In this document: positions 18,369-27,854 of the stretch, piece after piece | Layout of the letters: each line of letters opens with the position of its first letter | How positions within the stretch are numbered: the first letter of the stretch is position 1 | From: Spirochaetia bacterium | Lineage (GTDB): Bacteria > Spirochaetota > Spirochaetia > SP-2023 | Reading direction: 5' to 3' | Length of the DNA stretch: 64,000 nt | NCBI GenBank assembly: GCA_965263295.1 | Contig: OZ253665.1 | Span: 1,184,001 to 1,248,000 of the forward strand | Notes under the pieces: generated by a model | Told to the model about the DNA's origin: nothing | The model's input: only the letters and a program-made list of their open reading frames with translations | The model's database searches: none | Translations under genes and position numbers: made by a program

Positions 18369-19310
18369 ATGATCCAAGATAAGCGGCGCTTGCGCATCGC
18401 TCTGCAAAAATCCGGGCGCCTGCACGCGGAGAGCATGGAGATATTAAAGCTTTGTGGTCTCAAGTTCTCGCCGGGTCCGCGCCAATTGCTCTGTCGCTCC
18501 GGCGAAATGCCCCTGGACCTGCTCTTTATTCGCGACGATGACATCCCCAGTTTTGTCGCCGAAGGCATATGTGACTTGGGCATGGCCGGGCAAAATATTT
18601 TTGAGGAAGCCAGCTGCGGCTGGGCACAACAAAGTGCGGGCAAGTCAGAACAAAGCCCGCCGTTTGCAGTTCGCATAAACAAAAAAATGGGCTTTTCCCT
18701 CTGCCGGCTGTCCTTGGCCGCGCCCGCAGAATTTGAGCTCATCTACCGCCAGCGAGGCCCCAAGTCCCTCGAAGGGCGCCGCATCGCCACCTCGTATCCC
18801 GCCAGCCTGAACGATTTTCTGCGCCGACAAGGCATCCGTGCCGAGATCGTCAAAATGAATGGTTCGGTGGAACTGGCCCCGAAACTGCAAATTGCCGACT
18901 TGATCTGCGACCTAGTTTCCACGGGTTCAACCCTGGTGGCCAACGACCTGGTCGAGTGCCACAGCCTGCTTCAGAGCGAGGCCGTGCTGCTTGAACACAG
19001 CGGGCCCCGCAATGACTGGACAACGGCAAAACGCTCCTGCCTCGCCCAACTGCTGTCCCGCCTTGAGAGCGTTTTGCGGGCCCGCAACAGCAAGTATGTC
19101 ATGATGAATGCCCCCAAAGATAAAATCCCCGAAATCAGCGCCTTGCTGCCCGGAGCAGATTCGCCGACAGTCATTCCCCTGGCAGACGCGCAACAGGTGG
19201 CCATCCATGTCGTATCCGCCGAGCCGGTCGTCTGGGAGACCATGGAGGCCCTGAAAGCCGCCGGCGCCCATTCGATTCTGATTCAGCCAATTGAGAAAAT
19301 GCTGTTCTGA
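18369..19310 (+). CDS. hisG: ATP phosphoribosyltransferase, long form
   Basis: LRIALQKSGRL, RDDDIP, IATSYP, GSVELAP, DLVSTGSTL, C-terminal regulatory domain ending PIEKML. Confidence 0.97.
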   Translation: MIQDKRRLRIALQKSGRLHAESMEILKLCGLKFSPGPRQLLCRSGEMPLDLLFIRDDDIPSFVAEGICDLGMAGQNIFEEASCGWAQQSAGKSEQSPPFAVRINKKMGFSLCRLSLAAPAEFELIYRQRGPKSLEGRRIATSYPASLNDFLRRQGIRAEIVKMNGSVELAPKLQIADLICDLVSTGSTLVANDLVECHSLLQSEAVLLEHSGPRNDWTTAKRSCLAQLLSRLESVLRARNSKYVMMNAPKDKIPEISALLPGADSPTVIPLADAQQVAIHVVSAEPVVWETMEALKAAGAHSILIQPIEKMLF

Positions 19311-19334
19311 AATGGCTTTAAAGTGGAGTCGCCG

Positions 19335-20759
19335 ATGAAATATATCGTCTATTCTGAGTTGGACGCCGCGCAGCGCCGTGCGCTGACGCGGCGTCCCGTG
19401 AGCCGGCAAAATGATGAAATTGGCCGGCAAGTTGCCGCCGTCGAACAGCTGGTGCACGAGGGCGGCGATGCCGCCCTCTGCGAGTTGAGCCAGCGCTTCG
19501 ACGATGTCGAGCTGCACCCGGCACAGCTAGCCGTCGACCCGCGCCACTGGGAACAGGCCTGGGATGAACTGGACACCCGACTGCAAGCCGCCCTGCGGAC
19601 GGCTTTGCACAACATCGCCCAATTCCACCACAGCGAACTGCCACAGCGTGTGCAAGAAGCCGTGGAAACCTCGACGGGCATACATTGCTGGCGAGAATTT
19701 CGCCCGATTGAAACGGTGGGGCTATATATTCCCGGCGGCTCGGCACCACTATTTTCGACCATGCTGATGCTGGGGGTGCCCGCCATTCTCGCGGGATGCC
19801 GCCAGATCGCCTTTTGCAGCCCACCGCTCAATGCGCGGCGGGGGCCAGCCTGTGTGCCGTGGGCTCCTGAACGTGGCGTCCACGCAGCAGTGGAAATGCT
19901 GGGCTGCATGGAGCTATTGCGCCAGTTTAGCCGGCAAGAGGCCGCCCAAGATGAAAAAAGCGGAAGAGGCCGAGGAAACGGAGCGCCCGCGGCCCAGTTA
20001 CAATACTTTCAGGTCGGCGGGGCCCAGGCCATTTTTGCCCTGGCCCACGAACGCGAGGCGGGCTGCAGCCTGCCCCAGGTCGCCAAAATCTTTGGACCGG
20101 GCAACCCGTATGTCACGGAAGCCAAACTGCGCGTTTCCCGGCGCGTGGCCATCGACATGCCTGCCGGCCCCAGCGAAGTGCTGGTGATTGCCGAAGCCGG
20201 GCAAAATGCGGCCATTGTCGCCGCCGATCTGCTGGCCCAGGCCGAGCACGGCCCCAGCTCGCAGGTATTACTCGCCTCGCCCGCCGCAGAGCTGCTGCGC
20301 GATGTCAAAGCAGAAGTGGAACGACAGACAGCGCTGCTGCCGCGCGCGCACGAGATAGCGGGAACCCTGGCCCACAGCTACCTGTTGCACACCCGCGATC
20401 TAGCCGAGGCGATCGCCTTCAGCAATGCCTACGCGCCGGAGCACCTGATTCTGGCCGTCGACGATTATGGCCCCCTTTTACCTCAAATCATAAACGCGGG
20501 TTCTGTATTCTGCGGCCCACATGCCAGTGAAAGCTTTGGCGACTACGCCAGCGGCACGAATCACACGCTGCCGACTGCGGGCTTTGCCCGCAGCCACTCT
20601 GGAGTCGACACCGCAAGCTTTGGTCGCTGGCTGACATTTCAAAGCGTCAGCAAAGCCGGCCTGCGGCAACTCGGCCCAAGCGTCGAATTACTGGCTGAAC
20701 ACGAGCAATTAGAAGCCCACAAAAACGCCGTCACGTTGCGGCTGCGGCAACTAAAGTAA
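19335..20759 (+). CDS. hisD: Histidinol dehydrogenase
   Basis: GLYIPGGSAPLFST, KIFGPGNPYVTEAK, IDMPAGPSEVLV, QAEHG, APEHL, GDYASGTNHTLPT. Confidence 0.97.
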   Translation: MKYIVYSELDAAQRRALTRRPVSRQNDEIGRQVAAVEQLVHEGGDAALCELSQRFDDVELHPAQLAVDPRHWEQAWDELDTRLQAALRTALHNIAQFHHSELPQRVQEAVETSTGIHCWREFRPIETVGLYIPGGSAPLFSTMLMLGVPAILAGCRQIAFCSPPLNARRGPACVPWAPERGVHAAVEMLGCMELLRQFSRQEAAQDEKSGRGRGNGAPAAQLQYFQVGGAQAIFALAHEREAGCSLPQVAKIFGPGNPYVTEAKLRVSRRVAIDMPAGPSEVLVIAEAGQNAAIVAADLLAQAEHGPSSQVLLASPAAELLRDVKAEVERQTALLPRAHEIAGTLAHSYLLHTRDLAEAIAFSNAYAPEHLILAVDDYGPLLPQIINAGSVFCGPHASESFGDYASGTNHTLPTAGFARSHSGVDTASFGRWLTFQSVSKAGLRQLGPSVELLAEHEQLEAHKNAVTLRLRQLK

Positions 20760-20772
20760 ACAGAAACTCCAC

Positions 20773-21912
20773 ATGCAAGCCAACCCCCAGCCCCGCAAAA
20801 CCATTTTGCTCGATCGCGACGGCACCATCATCTATGAACCGCCTGGCAGCCAGCAGGTCAATTCGCTCGACGAAATGCGCCTGCTTGAAGGCGTGATTAG
20901 CGCCCTGCACCAGTTGTCACAAGCCGGCTACGCCTTAATCATGGTCAGCAACCAAGACGCTCTGGGCAGCCCCTTGAATCCGCGTGAGAATTACGATTAC
21001 ATCAACGGCAAACTTTTTGAATTGCTGCGCGGCGAAGGCGTCGAATTTGCCGCCGTTTTTACCTGCCCGCACAAGCCCGAAGATGCTTGCAACTGCCGCA
21101 AACCCATGACCGGCATGGTCGACGCCTACCTGCGCGACAAGCCGTTGCTGCTTGCCGACAGCTTTATGGTCGGCGACCGCAGCACAGATGGCCAATTCGC
21201 CGCCAGACTCGGAATCCCCGCCTTGCTGCTGCACAGCGATGTGCACCCCCAGCCGGATCTGAGCCTTTCGGCAGAACAAAAGCTGTGGCACTGGCCTGAG
21301 ATCGCCCATTACATCCTGCGCCGGCCCCGCCAGGCGCGCGTCGCGCGCAAGACTCGTGAAACCGATATTACTCTCGAATTGAGCCTCGACCCATTGTCTG
21401 GCCACGGCTCTTGCCAGGTGGCTACGGGACTGCACTTCTTTGACCACATGCTCGAACAATTGTCGCGCCACGGCGGCATGGATCTGCGGCTCAGCTGTCA
21501 AGGCGACTTGCACGTCGATGCCCACCACACGGTCGAAGACGTGGCCCTGACGCTAGGGCAGGCTTTTGCCGATGCCCTGGGCGACAAACGCGGCATTGTG
21601 CGCTACGCTTTTGAGCGCGTATTGGTCATGGACGAAGTGCGCTGCGAGGTATCGCTCGATCTTTCTGGCCGCCCGCATGTGGTTTTCGCGGCCGACTTTC
21701 CGCGAACTGCCGCGGGCGACTTGCCCACGGACATGGTGCCGCATTTTTTTACCAGCTTTTGCACGGCGGCCAAAATCAATTTACATCTGCGCTGCAGCAC
21801 GGGCAACACCCACCACATGGTCGAAGCCTGCTTCAAGGCCCTGGCCCGCTGCCTCAAGGACGCCGTACGCCGCGAAGGCTTTGGCATCAGCTCAAGTAAG
21901 GGACTTCTCTAA
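20773..21912 (+). CDS. hisB: Bifunctional histidinol-phosphatase / imidazoleglycerol-phosphate dehydratase
   Basis: N-terminal HAD domain (LDRDGT, CPH..CNCRKP, VGDR) fused to IGPD (RKTRETDI, FFDHML, DAHHTVED, NTHHMVEACFKA). Confidence 0.96.
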   Translation: MQANPQPRKTILLDRDGTIIYEPPGSQQVNSLDEMRLLEGVISALHQLSQAGYALIMVSNQDALGSPLNPRENYDYINGKLFELLRGEGVEFAAVFTCPHKPEDACNCRKPMTGMVDAYLRDKPLLLADSFMVGDRSTDGQFAARLGIPALLLHSDVHPQPDLSLSAEQKLWHWPEIAHYILRRPRQARVARKTRETDITLELSLDPLSGHGSCQVATGLHFFDHMLEQLSRHGGMDLRLSCQGDLHVDAHHTVEDVALTLGQAFADALGDKRGIVRYAFERVLVMDEVRCEVSLDLSGRPHVVFAADFPRTAAGDLPTDMVPHFFTSFCTAAKINLHLRCSTGNTHHMVEACFKALARCLKDAVRREGFGISSSKGLL

Positions 21913-23070
21913 AGTGAGTGCGCACAGCCCCCTGCCCTCCAAGCGCCAGAGACAACCGTGGGCCCTCCATTCCAGAGTTTTCTGGCCGCCATGCACTTCA
22001 TGACTCTGCCACTGTTTCGACAGTTCTAGCGCAAATCCCAAAGGGAGGCGGCGACGGCGTTGCTCGCCGTGCCGCATCAGGTCAAAAAGCAAAAATATCA
22101 ATTCAACTTGGAGTGGCCGAGCCAGGGCCGAAAAGTCGCCCTCCCAATAAACGGCCGCCCCGCCATCGCGGTAGCGCAACGCCGAACGCAAGCGCTCGCG
22201 CTCCTCGGCCAGCCAGTCCTCCAACAAACCAAGTTGCCGCTGCGAGCGGCGCACCCCCTGTGGCAAGTTCGGAACTAATCGCATTAATTGGGGCAGAACC
22301 TCCCTGCGATAGAAATTGCGCTGGATCGCCAAATCAAAATTACTCGTGTCCTCCCAGTGCGGCAGCTGGTGAATGGCCACCCAAGCTTGTAAATCGCGCC
22401 GGCTCCAGTCCAACAGCGGCCGCCACAGTCGAGAAGGCAGCAAACCGGGGCCAAATGGTGGCAGGCTCTGCCACTCAGCCATTCCAGCCAAAGCCGCGGG
22501 TCCCGCCCCGCGGCCCAAATTCATGAAAAAACTTTCTAGCTGGTCATCGCCGTGCTGGCCCAGCACCAGGCAACCGCACACCGCCTTGGGGGTCTCGCCG
22601 CGAATCGCCGATCTGCTGTGCGCCCGCTGCAAGCAATGCTGCAGACGCCGGTAGCGTTCTCTGCGAGCCAAATCTTCCAGGCTTAGGCCACGGCGTGTCG
22701 CTTGGCGGCGCAACCAACCCGATCGAATGCGATATACCTGCAAATCGAAGCCCAAACTCCGGCAATAAGCATCCAGAGCGCCTTTCTCGGCCTCCGGATG
22801 TTTATCTCGGATGCCATGCCGGATATAGCAAGGCACCAGCGGCCGGTGACGCCGGTCGACGACACTGCACAGCAAATGCAAGAGGGCGCAGGAATCCAAT
22901 CCGCCGGAGATTGCGACGACAACCGGGCCGGGGGGCAGGCTCCGCGACCGTTCGCGCAACTGCAGCCACAGTTTCCGCAGCTTTGCATTGGCGAGATGCC
23001 CGTCAGATTTTTGAAAAATACGGGGCCGAAATGGCCCCGGCATCTCACAGGCCGGGACTTGGACAGACAT
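21892..23070 (-). CDS. tilS: tRNA(Ile)-lysidine synthetase
   Basis: VAISGGLDS, ARRERY, HGDDQLES, WRPLL, EDTSN, RNFYRREVLP. Confidence 0.92.
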   Translation of the reverse strand: MSVQVPACEMPGPFRPRIFQKSDGHLANAKLRKLWLQLRERSRSLPPGPVVVAISGGLDSCALLHLLCSVVDRRHRPLVPCYIRHGIRDKHPEAEKGALDAYCRSLGFDLQVYRIRSGWLRRQATRRGLSLEDLARRERYRRLQHCLQRAHSRSAIRGETPKAVCGCLVLGQHGDDQLESFFMNLGRGAGPAALAGMAEWQSLPPFGPGLLPSRLWRPLLDWSRRDLQAWVAIHQLPHWEDTSNFDLAIQRNFYRREVLPQLMRLVPNLPQGVRRSQRQLGLLEDWLAEERERLRSALRYRDGGAAVYWEGDFSALARPLQVELIFLLFDLMRHGEQRRRRLPLGFALELSKQWQSHEVHGGQKTLEWRAHGCLWRLEGRGLCALTLEKSLT

Positions 23071-23091
23071 TCAGACAGCCTTCTAGCCGGC

Positions 23092-23757
23092 TCAAATCTC
23101 GATGTGACGGCGGTTGAGATCGCCAGCCACCGACTCTGGCGCAGCGCCAAACAAAATATCGCGAAGCGCTTGCTGAGCGCGCCGCAGTGCGCGCATATAA
23201 ATTTCGGCGTCAGACTTGCGCGGCTTGTTCAGCACGTAATGACTAACGGCTTCAGGGCTGCCCGGATGGCCAATTCCGACAAACAGACGCCAGAATGGAG
23301 CCGGCAAACCGGGAATGCACAACGAGCGCAGGCCGTTGTGACTGGAGGAACTGGCGCCAAACTTCAAGCGCAGACGACCCGGCTCCATATCCAGGTTGTC
23401 CAGTACGACAATGCAACGCTCTGGAGCAAATTCATAACGTTTGCGCAAGCCCGGCCATATTTTGCCACTGAGATTCATGAAGGTCTGCGGCTTGACCAAT
23501 AGCGCATTGCCATCTACAGAACAAAGACTTTGCGACGGCGCTACCGGCCGGCGCAGCAACGCGGCATGGAATTGAGCTCCCTTGGTCGCTTTAATCCCCT
23601 TGGTCCCCGCCCACTCCGGCCGAGTCAAAAAGGCGGGATCAGCTTGCAATTCGCACAGCAGCATATCCAGGACATCAAAACCTGCATTGTGGAGGCTGCC
23701 CGCATACTGCTGACCCGGATTCCCCAGGCCAATAATCAACCAATCTAATTGCATCAT
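23092..23757 (-). CDS. pth: Peptidyl-tRNA hydrolase
   Basis: IIGLGNPG..YAGSLHNAGF, KPQTFMNLSG, HNGLRS. Confidence 0.93.
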   Translation of the reverse strand: MMQLDWLIIGLGNPGQQYAGSLHNAGFDVLDMLLCELQADPAFLTRPEWAGTKGIKATKGAQFHAALLRRPVAPSQSLCSVDGNALLVKPQTFMNLSGKIWPGLRKRYEFAPERCIVVLDNLDMEPGRLRLKFGASSSSHNGLRSLCIPGLPAPFWRLFVGIGHPGSPEAVSHYVLNKPRKSDAEIYMRALRRAQQALRDILFGAAPESVAGDLNRRHIEI

Positions 23758-23869
23758 CCCAAGCCTAACCTAGAATATTTGCAAAACCTATAAAAAAAGG
23801 CCCCAAAGCTAGCCGAAGCCGCCCGGAACCTTTGGCGTTTTGACCGCAAGACAAGCTTGCTAGACGGGG

Positions 23870-24475
23870 CTAGGTTCCCGCCGCCTCAGCTGCCGCTTCA
23901 GCACTGGCCGAAGCCAAACCGCGCGGAACCGAAATATGTGCGACAATCTGCTCCATTGAACTGAGGATGCGAACAGCCGGCTCGTGTTGCAGGGCACTTA
24001 GCGCCATGGACTCACCAAGTCCCATGCCACTGATGTCAATGCGGAATTCACTCGGCAGGTCCTTTGGCAGGCATTCAACCTCAACAGCCTCACACTGATG
24101 CTCCAACAGACCACCTTCCTTGACTCCGATTGGAGTACCATCCAGAATCAGGGGCACGTGCGTCTTCAGAGTATGGCCTTCAATGATTTCCAGGAAGTCG
24201 ATGTGAAAGACCTCCCCACTCAAGATATCCCCCTGAAAATCCTTGACGAGAACATTGCGGCCCTTGCCGTCAAGCACCAAATTAATGATTGTATTTTCTG
24301 TGATATGGCCGTGGAATTCATTATAGAACTGGCGGGCATTGACCATAATATGGGCTACATTTTCGCCCCCATAAACGACGGCAGGAATCTGACCGTTGCG
24401 GCGCAGACCCCGACTGGCGCTGGAACCAAAGTCCGTGCGAGTTTGAACCTGCAATTCTTTATTTTCTTTGCTCAC
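23870..24475 (-). CDS. rplY: 50S ribosomal protein L25/Ctc
   Basis: LRRNGQIPAVVYG, HIDF, GVKEGG, CLPKDLP. Confidence 0.95.
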   Translation of the reverse strand: MSKENKELQVQTRTDFGSSASRGLRRNGQIPAVVYGGENVAHIMVNARQFYNEFHGHITENTIINLVLDGKGRNVLVKDFQGDILSGEVFHIDFLEIIEGHTLKTHVPLILDGTPIGVKEGGLLEHQCEAVEVECLPKDLPSEFRIDISGMGLGESMALSALQHEPAVRILSSMEQIVAHISVPRGLASASAEAAAEAAGT

Positions 24476-24547
24476 AATAAGTCTCCATTAACCGGCCCCA
24501 CAATCGCCCTTCACAAGCAACGGGGCGGATACACTGACAAAAATAGA

Positions 24548-24620
24548 CTTGGGCGGCAGGATTCGAACCTGCGAATACTGGGATCAAAACCCAGTGGCTT
24601 AACCACTTGCCAACGCCCAA
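24548..24620 (-). tRNA. tRNA-Gln(UUG); CCA not encoded
   Basis: Acceptor TTGGGCG/CGCCCAA, anticodon arm CTGGG-TTTTGAT-CCCAG, T-arm GCAGG-TTCGAAT-CCTGC. Confidence 0.95.
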
Positions 24621-24647
24621 ATTTCAATCGCGTCCTGCCCTTGCTAC

Positions 24648-25757
24648 TTAAATACCGCAAGGTTCCGCGAGAAAAGTTTCCAGTTCCAGGGGAAACCGCG
24701 CCAGATCCTGATATATATCGACTCTATCCTTGTCCCGCGGGAACCAGGCAAAGAAAGCCGAACCGCTACCACTTAAAGCAGTCCAAGAGGCACCAAGACT
24801 ATACAGATATTGAGGTAATGTTGCAAGCAGCTGAAAACGATGATCTTGCGTGCCCAGCTGGCGCATTGCCGCAAAGAAGTCATTATCTAGCCGCCGTCCC
24901 AGTTCTTCTAAGTTGAACTGCGGCATGGCTAGCAATTCATGTTCCCAGATTCGAGGCCCGGCCAACGGTCGCGCTATCTGCCGATTGAGCTGCCGGTACA
25001 TAACTGCTGTTTCACAATATAGTTGCCTGGGTTTAAACAACCATAATTGTCGCTCTCGTTGCACCTGCCGCAACCGAATTGCCAGTGACGCCGAAACCGC
25101 GAGAATTTTCTCGCCCCGTCCGATCGCCCAGGCTAAGCTACTTTCAAAGTCATCAAAGTCTTGCAAAAAAAACGCGACATCCGAGCCCAGAGCTGCCCCT
25201 AGGCGCCGCAACTCATTCAGCGGGAGAGCTCGGCAACCACAATACTGCGGCAACATGGAATTTAACAATTTCAGAGCTGCCGCAGCGTCACTGGATCCTC
25301 CGCCCAATCCCGCCTGTTGCGGGATATGCTTTTCCAGGCAGAACTGCCATCTTGCCGGCCAACGCTCTACAAACCGCTGACGAGCGTGCAAATATTGTAG
25401 ATAATTTTTTGCCGCCCTGTAAATTAGATTTTGCTCCAGCGCACAGGGGGCCGCCGGTTTTACATCCAGTAATATTTTCACTTCAGCAGCCTGAGATACC
25501 CAGGGCCCAGAGAACTCTAAATCCAGCCGGTCGCCCATGCACAACTCTTCCGACCTCATGGAATTACGAGCGGATGCACTCCGTTGTTCCCCTCGCGCTA
25601 GACGACGCAAATACACGGCCTGCATTAAGGTGCAGATCCGGTGGAAATAGCAGCCGCTATCGGCGTCACGGTATCGTTCTCCGACTTGAAGATGCAGGTT
25701 GATCTTGGCCGGACAAATTATTTCCCGCTTCACGGCAAAGATCCAACACATGGCCAA
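24648..25757 (-). CDS. ispE: 4-diphosphocytidyl-2-C-methyl-D-erythritol kinase
   Basis: PAKINLHL, EKHIPQQAGLGGGSSDAA, LGSDVAFF, GRGE, LSGSGSA; start uncertain. Confidence 0.92.
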   Translation of the reverse strand: MAMCWIFAVKREIICPAKINLHLQVGERYRDADSGCYFHRICTLMQAVYLRRLARGEQRSASARNSMRSEELCMGDRLDLEFSGPWVSQAAEVKILLDVKPAAPCALEQNLIYRAAKNYLQYLHARQRFVERWPARWQFCLEKHIPQQAGLGGGSSDAAAALKLLNSMLPQYCGCRALPLNELRRLGAALGSDVAFFLQDFDDFESSLAWAIGRGEKILAVSASLAIRLRQVQRERQLWLFKPRQLYCETAVMYRQLNRQIARPLAGPRIWEHELLAMPQFNLEELGRRLDNDFFAAMRQLGTQDHRFQLLATLPQYLYSLGASWTALSGSGSAFFAWFPRDKDRVDIYQDLARFPLELETFLAEPCGI

Positions 25758-25890
25758 GCCACCAGAAAAGACAGCGCCATGCAGACAATGCCAATTATGA
25801 AGTCGCGCACAATCAAGGTGCAGGACACTTATAAGCCATCCCTTAACAACAAATTTGACAACGAGTTAGCAACCCGAAACTTTTATGCTT

Positions 25891-26628
25891 TTACATTGAT
25901 TCTAAATCGAAGTCTTCAGGTATTTCGAGGTTGCTGGCCACACTTTGGACATCGTCACAATCCTCAAGGCGCTCAATCAAGTTCAATACCTTCTTCACAT
26001 CAGCATGATCCAGATCCAAGCGATTGTCCGCAACCCACTGCACCTCGGCAGAAAGCTGCACAAAACCCTTGGCTTCCAAAGCCGCCAGTACATCCTCAAA
26101 GTCTGCAGGGTCTGTACAAACTTCCCCAGAGTCCGAGACATCTTCCGCCCCAGCTTCCAGAGCGGCTTCAAACAAAGCATCCGAATCTGTCTGCTCCAAA
26201 TCAAAGGCGATCACCCCTTTGCGTTGAAACTGAAAGGATACCGCCCCTGCCGCGGCCAAAGAGCCGTTACCTTTATTCAAAATTGAGCGCACATCAGCAG
26301 CTGTACGATTTTTGTTCTCGGTCAGAGCCTCAATCAACAGGCCGACGCCACCTGGGGCATACGCTTCGTACTGCAACTCCATGTAGGACGCGCCTTCCAG
26401 CTCGCCCGCCCCCTTTTTTATCGCGCGGTCTATATTTTCCTTGGGCATATTTGCCGTGCGCGCTTTGATCAAAGCGGCACGCAAACGAGGATTTCCCTCC
26501 AGGTCACCCCCGCCAATGCGCGCGGCTACCGTGAGCTCCTTAATCAGCTTGGTGAAAATCTTGCCGCGCTTGGCGTCCGCAGCGCCCTTGCGGTGCTTAA
26601 TTGTCGACCATTTGCTGTGTCCCGACAT
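25891..26628 (-). CDS. yebC: YebC/PmpR family protein
   Basis: MSGHSKWSTIKHRK, NPRLR, YEAYAPGG, LEDCDDVQSV. Confidence 0.95.
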   Translation of the reverse strand: MSGHSKWSTIKHRKGAADAKRGKIFTKLIKELTVAARIGGGDLEGNPRLRAALIKARTANMPKENIDRAIKKGAGELEGASYMELQYEAYAPGGVGLLIEALTENKNRTAADVRSILNKGNGSLAAAGAVSFQFQRKGVIAFDLEQTDSDALFEAALEAGAEDVSDSGEVCTDPADFEDVLAALEAKGFVQLSAEVQWVADNRLDLDHADVKKVLNLIERLEDCDDVQSVASNLEIPEDFDLESM

Positions 26629-26642
26629 AAACCCTTCGCTCC

Positions 26643-27806
26643 TCAGCCGACAGCTCTTTGCAGCTCGGCAATTTTGTCTGTTTGTTCCCAAGGGAACTCA
26701 CTGCGCCCGAAATGCCCATAACTGGCGCTAGGAAAGTAAATAGGTCGCTTCAGATCCAGCGTGCGCACAATGCCCGCCGGGCTAAGGTCAAAGACCTCGC
26801 GCAGACCTTCGGCAATACGCTCTTCACTGGCCTGGCCCGTACCAAAGGTATCGACCATAACTGAAATCGGGAAAGGCACGCCGATGGCGTAGGAAAGTTG
26901 CACTTCACAGCGCTCAGCCAGCTCGGCAGCGACAACGTGCTTCGCAATATAACGTGCCATATAGGCGGCGGAACGGTCAACCTTGGAAGCATCCTTGCCC
27001 GAAAGTGCCCCCCCTCCATGGCGTCCCATGCCACCATATGTATCGACGACAATCTTGCGACCCGTCAGCCCGGCATCTCCATGCGGGCCCCCAACGACAA
27101 AGCGTCCCGTGGGATTAATGTAAAACTTGGTCTCGTCATCCAACAAACCGGTTGTTTCAAGTACATCGCGAATGACCTGTTTAATGAGGATTTCCGCAAT
27201 GGCTTCGCGCTCCATGTGCTCATCGTGTTGATGCGAAATAACTACCGAGTCGATGCGCACCGGCCTAGCATCCTGGTATTCAAGAGATACCTGGCTTTTA
27301 GCATCGGGACGCAGCCAAGGTAAAGCCCCGCCCTTGCGCAGTAAAGCCGCTTTCAGCAAAAGCTTGTGTGCGTAGAAAATTGGCGCCGGCATCAGCTCTG
27401 GGGTCTCACGACAGGCATAACCGAACATCATGCCTTGATCCCCCGCCCCCTGCAAACCATCATACAGGCCACTCGTGCCCGAAACTCCCTGGCCAATGTC
27501 GGGAGACTGCGCGTGAATGACATTCAGAATCGACATAGAGTTCGCGTCCAAACCATATTCGGGCTTTGTGTAACCAATTTCAGCCACGACCTTGCGTATC
27601 AGCTCCTGAATGTCGATGTAAGTCGAAGTTGTAATCTCACCGCCAACCAATACCATGCCGGTCGTCGTGTATGTTTCGCACGCTACGCGACTCTCGGCAT
27701 CATCGCGCAGACAGGCATCCAGCACGGCATCGGATATCTGATCCGCGACTTTGTCCGGGTGGCCCTCGCTGACAGACTCCGAAGTAAAAATATATTTGCT
27801 TGCCAT
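26643..27806 (-). CDS. metK: S-adenosylmethionine synthetase
   Basis: [44 protein letters not shown]. Confidence 0.99.
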   Translation of the reverse strand: MASKYIFTSESVSEGHPDKVADQISDAVLDACLRDDAESRVACETYTTTGMVLVGGEITTSTYIDIQELIRKVVAEIGYTKPEYGLDANSMSILNVIHAQSPDIGQGVSGTSGLYDGLQGAGDQGMMFGYACRETPELMPAPIFYAHKLLLKAALLRKGGALPWLRPDAKSQVSLEYQDARPVRIDSVVISHQHDEHMEREAIAEILIKQVIRDVLETTGLLDDETKFYINPTGRFVVGGPHGDAGLTGRKIVVDTYGGMGRHGGGALSGKDASKVDRSAAYMARYIAKHVVAAELAERCEVQLSYAIGVPFPISVMVDTFGTGQASEERIAEGLREVFDLSPAGIVRTLDLKRPIYFPSASYGHFGRSEFPWEQTDKIAELQRAVG

Positions 27807-27854
27807 AATAAAAAATCCTCAATTATCACTGTGATTGATCAATGCCATTCCCAC

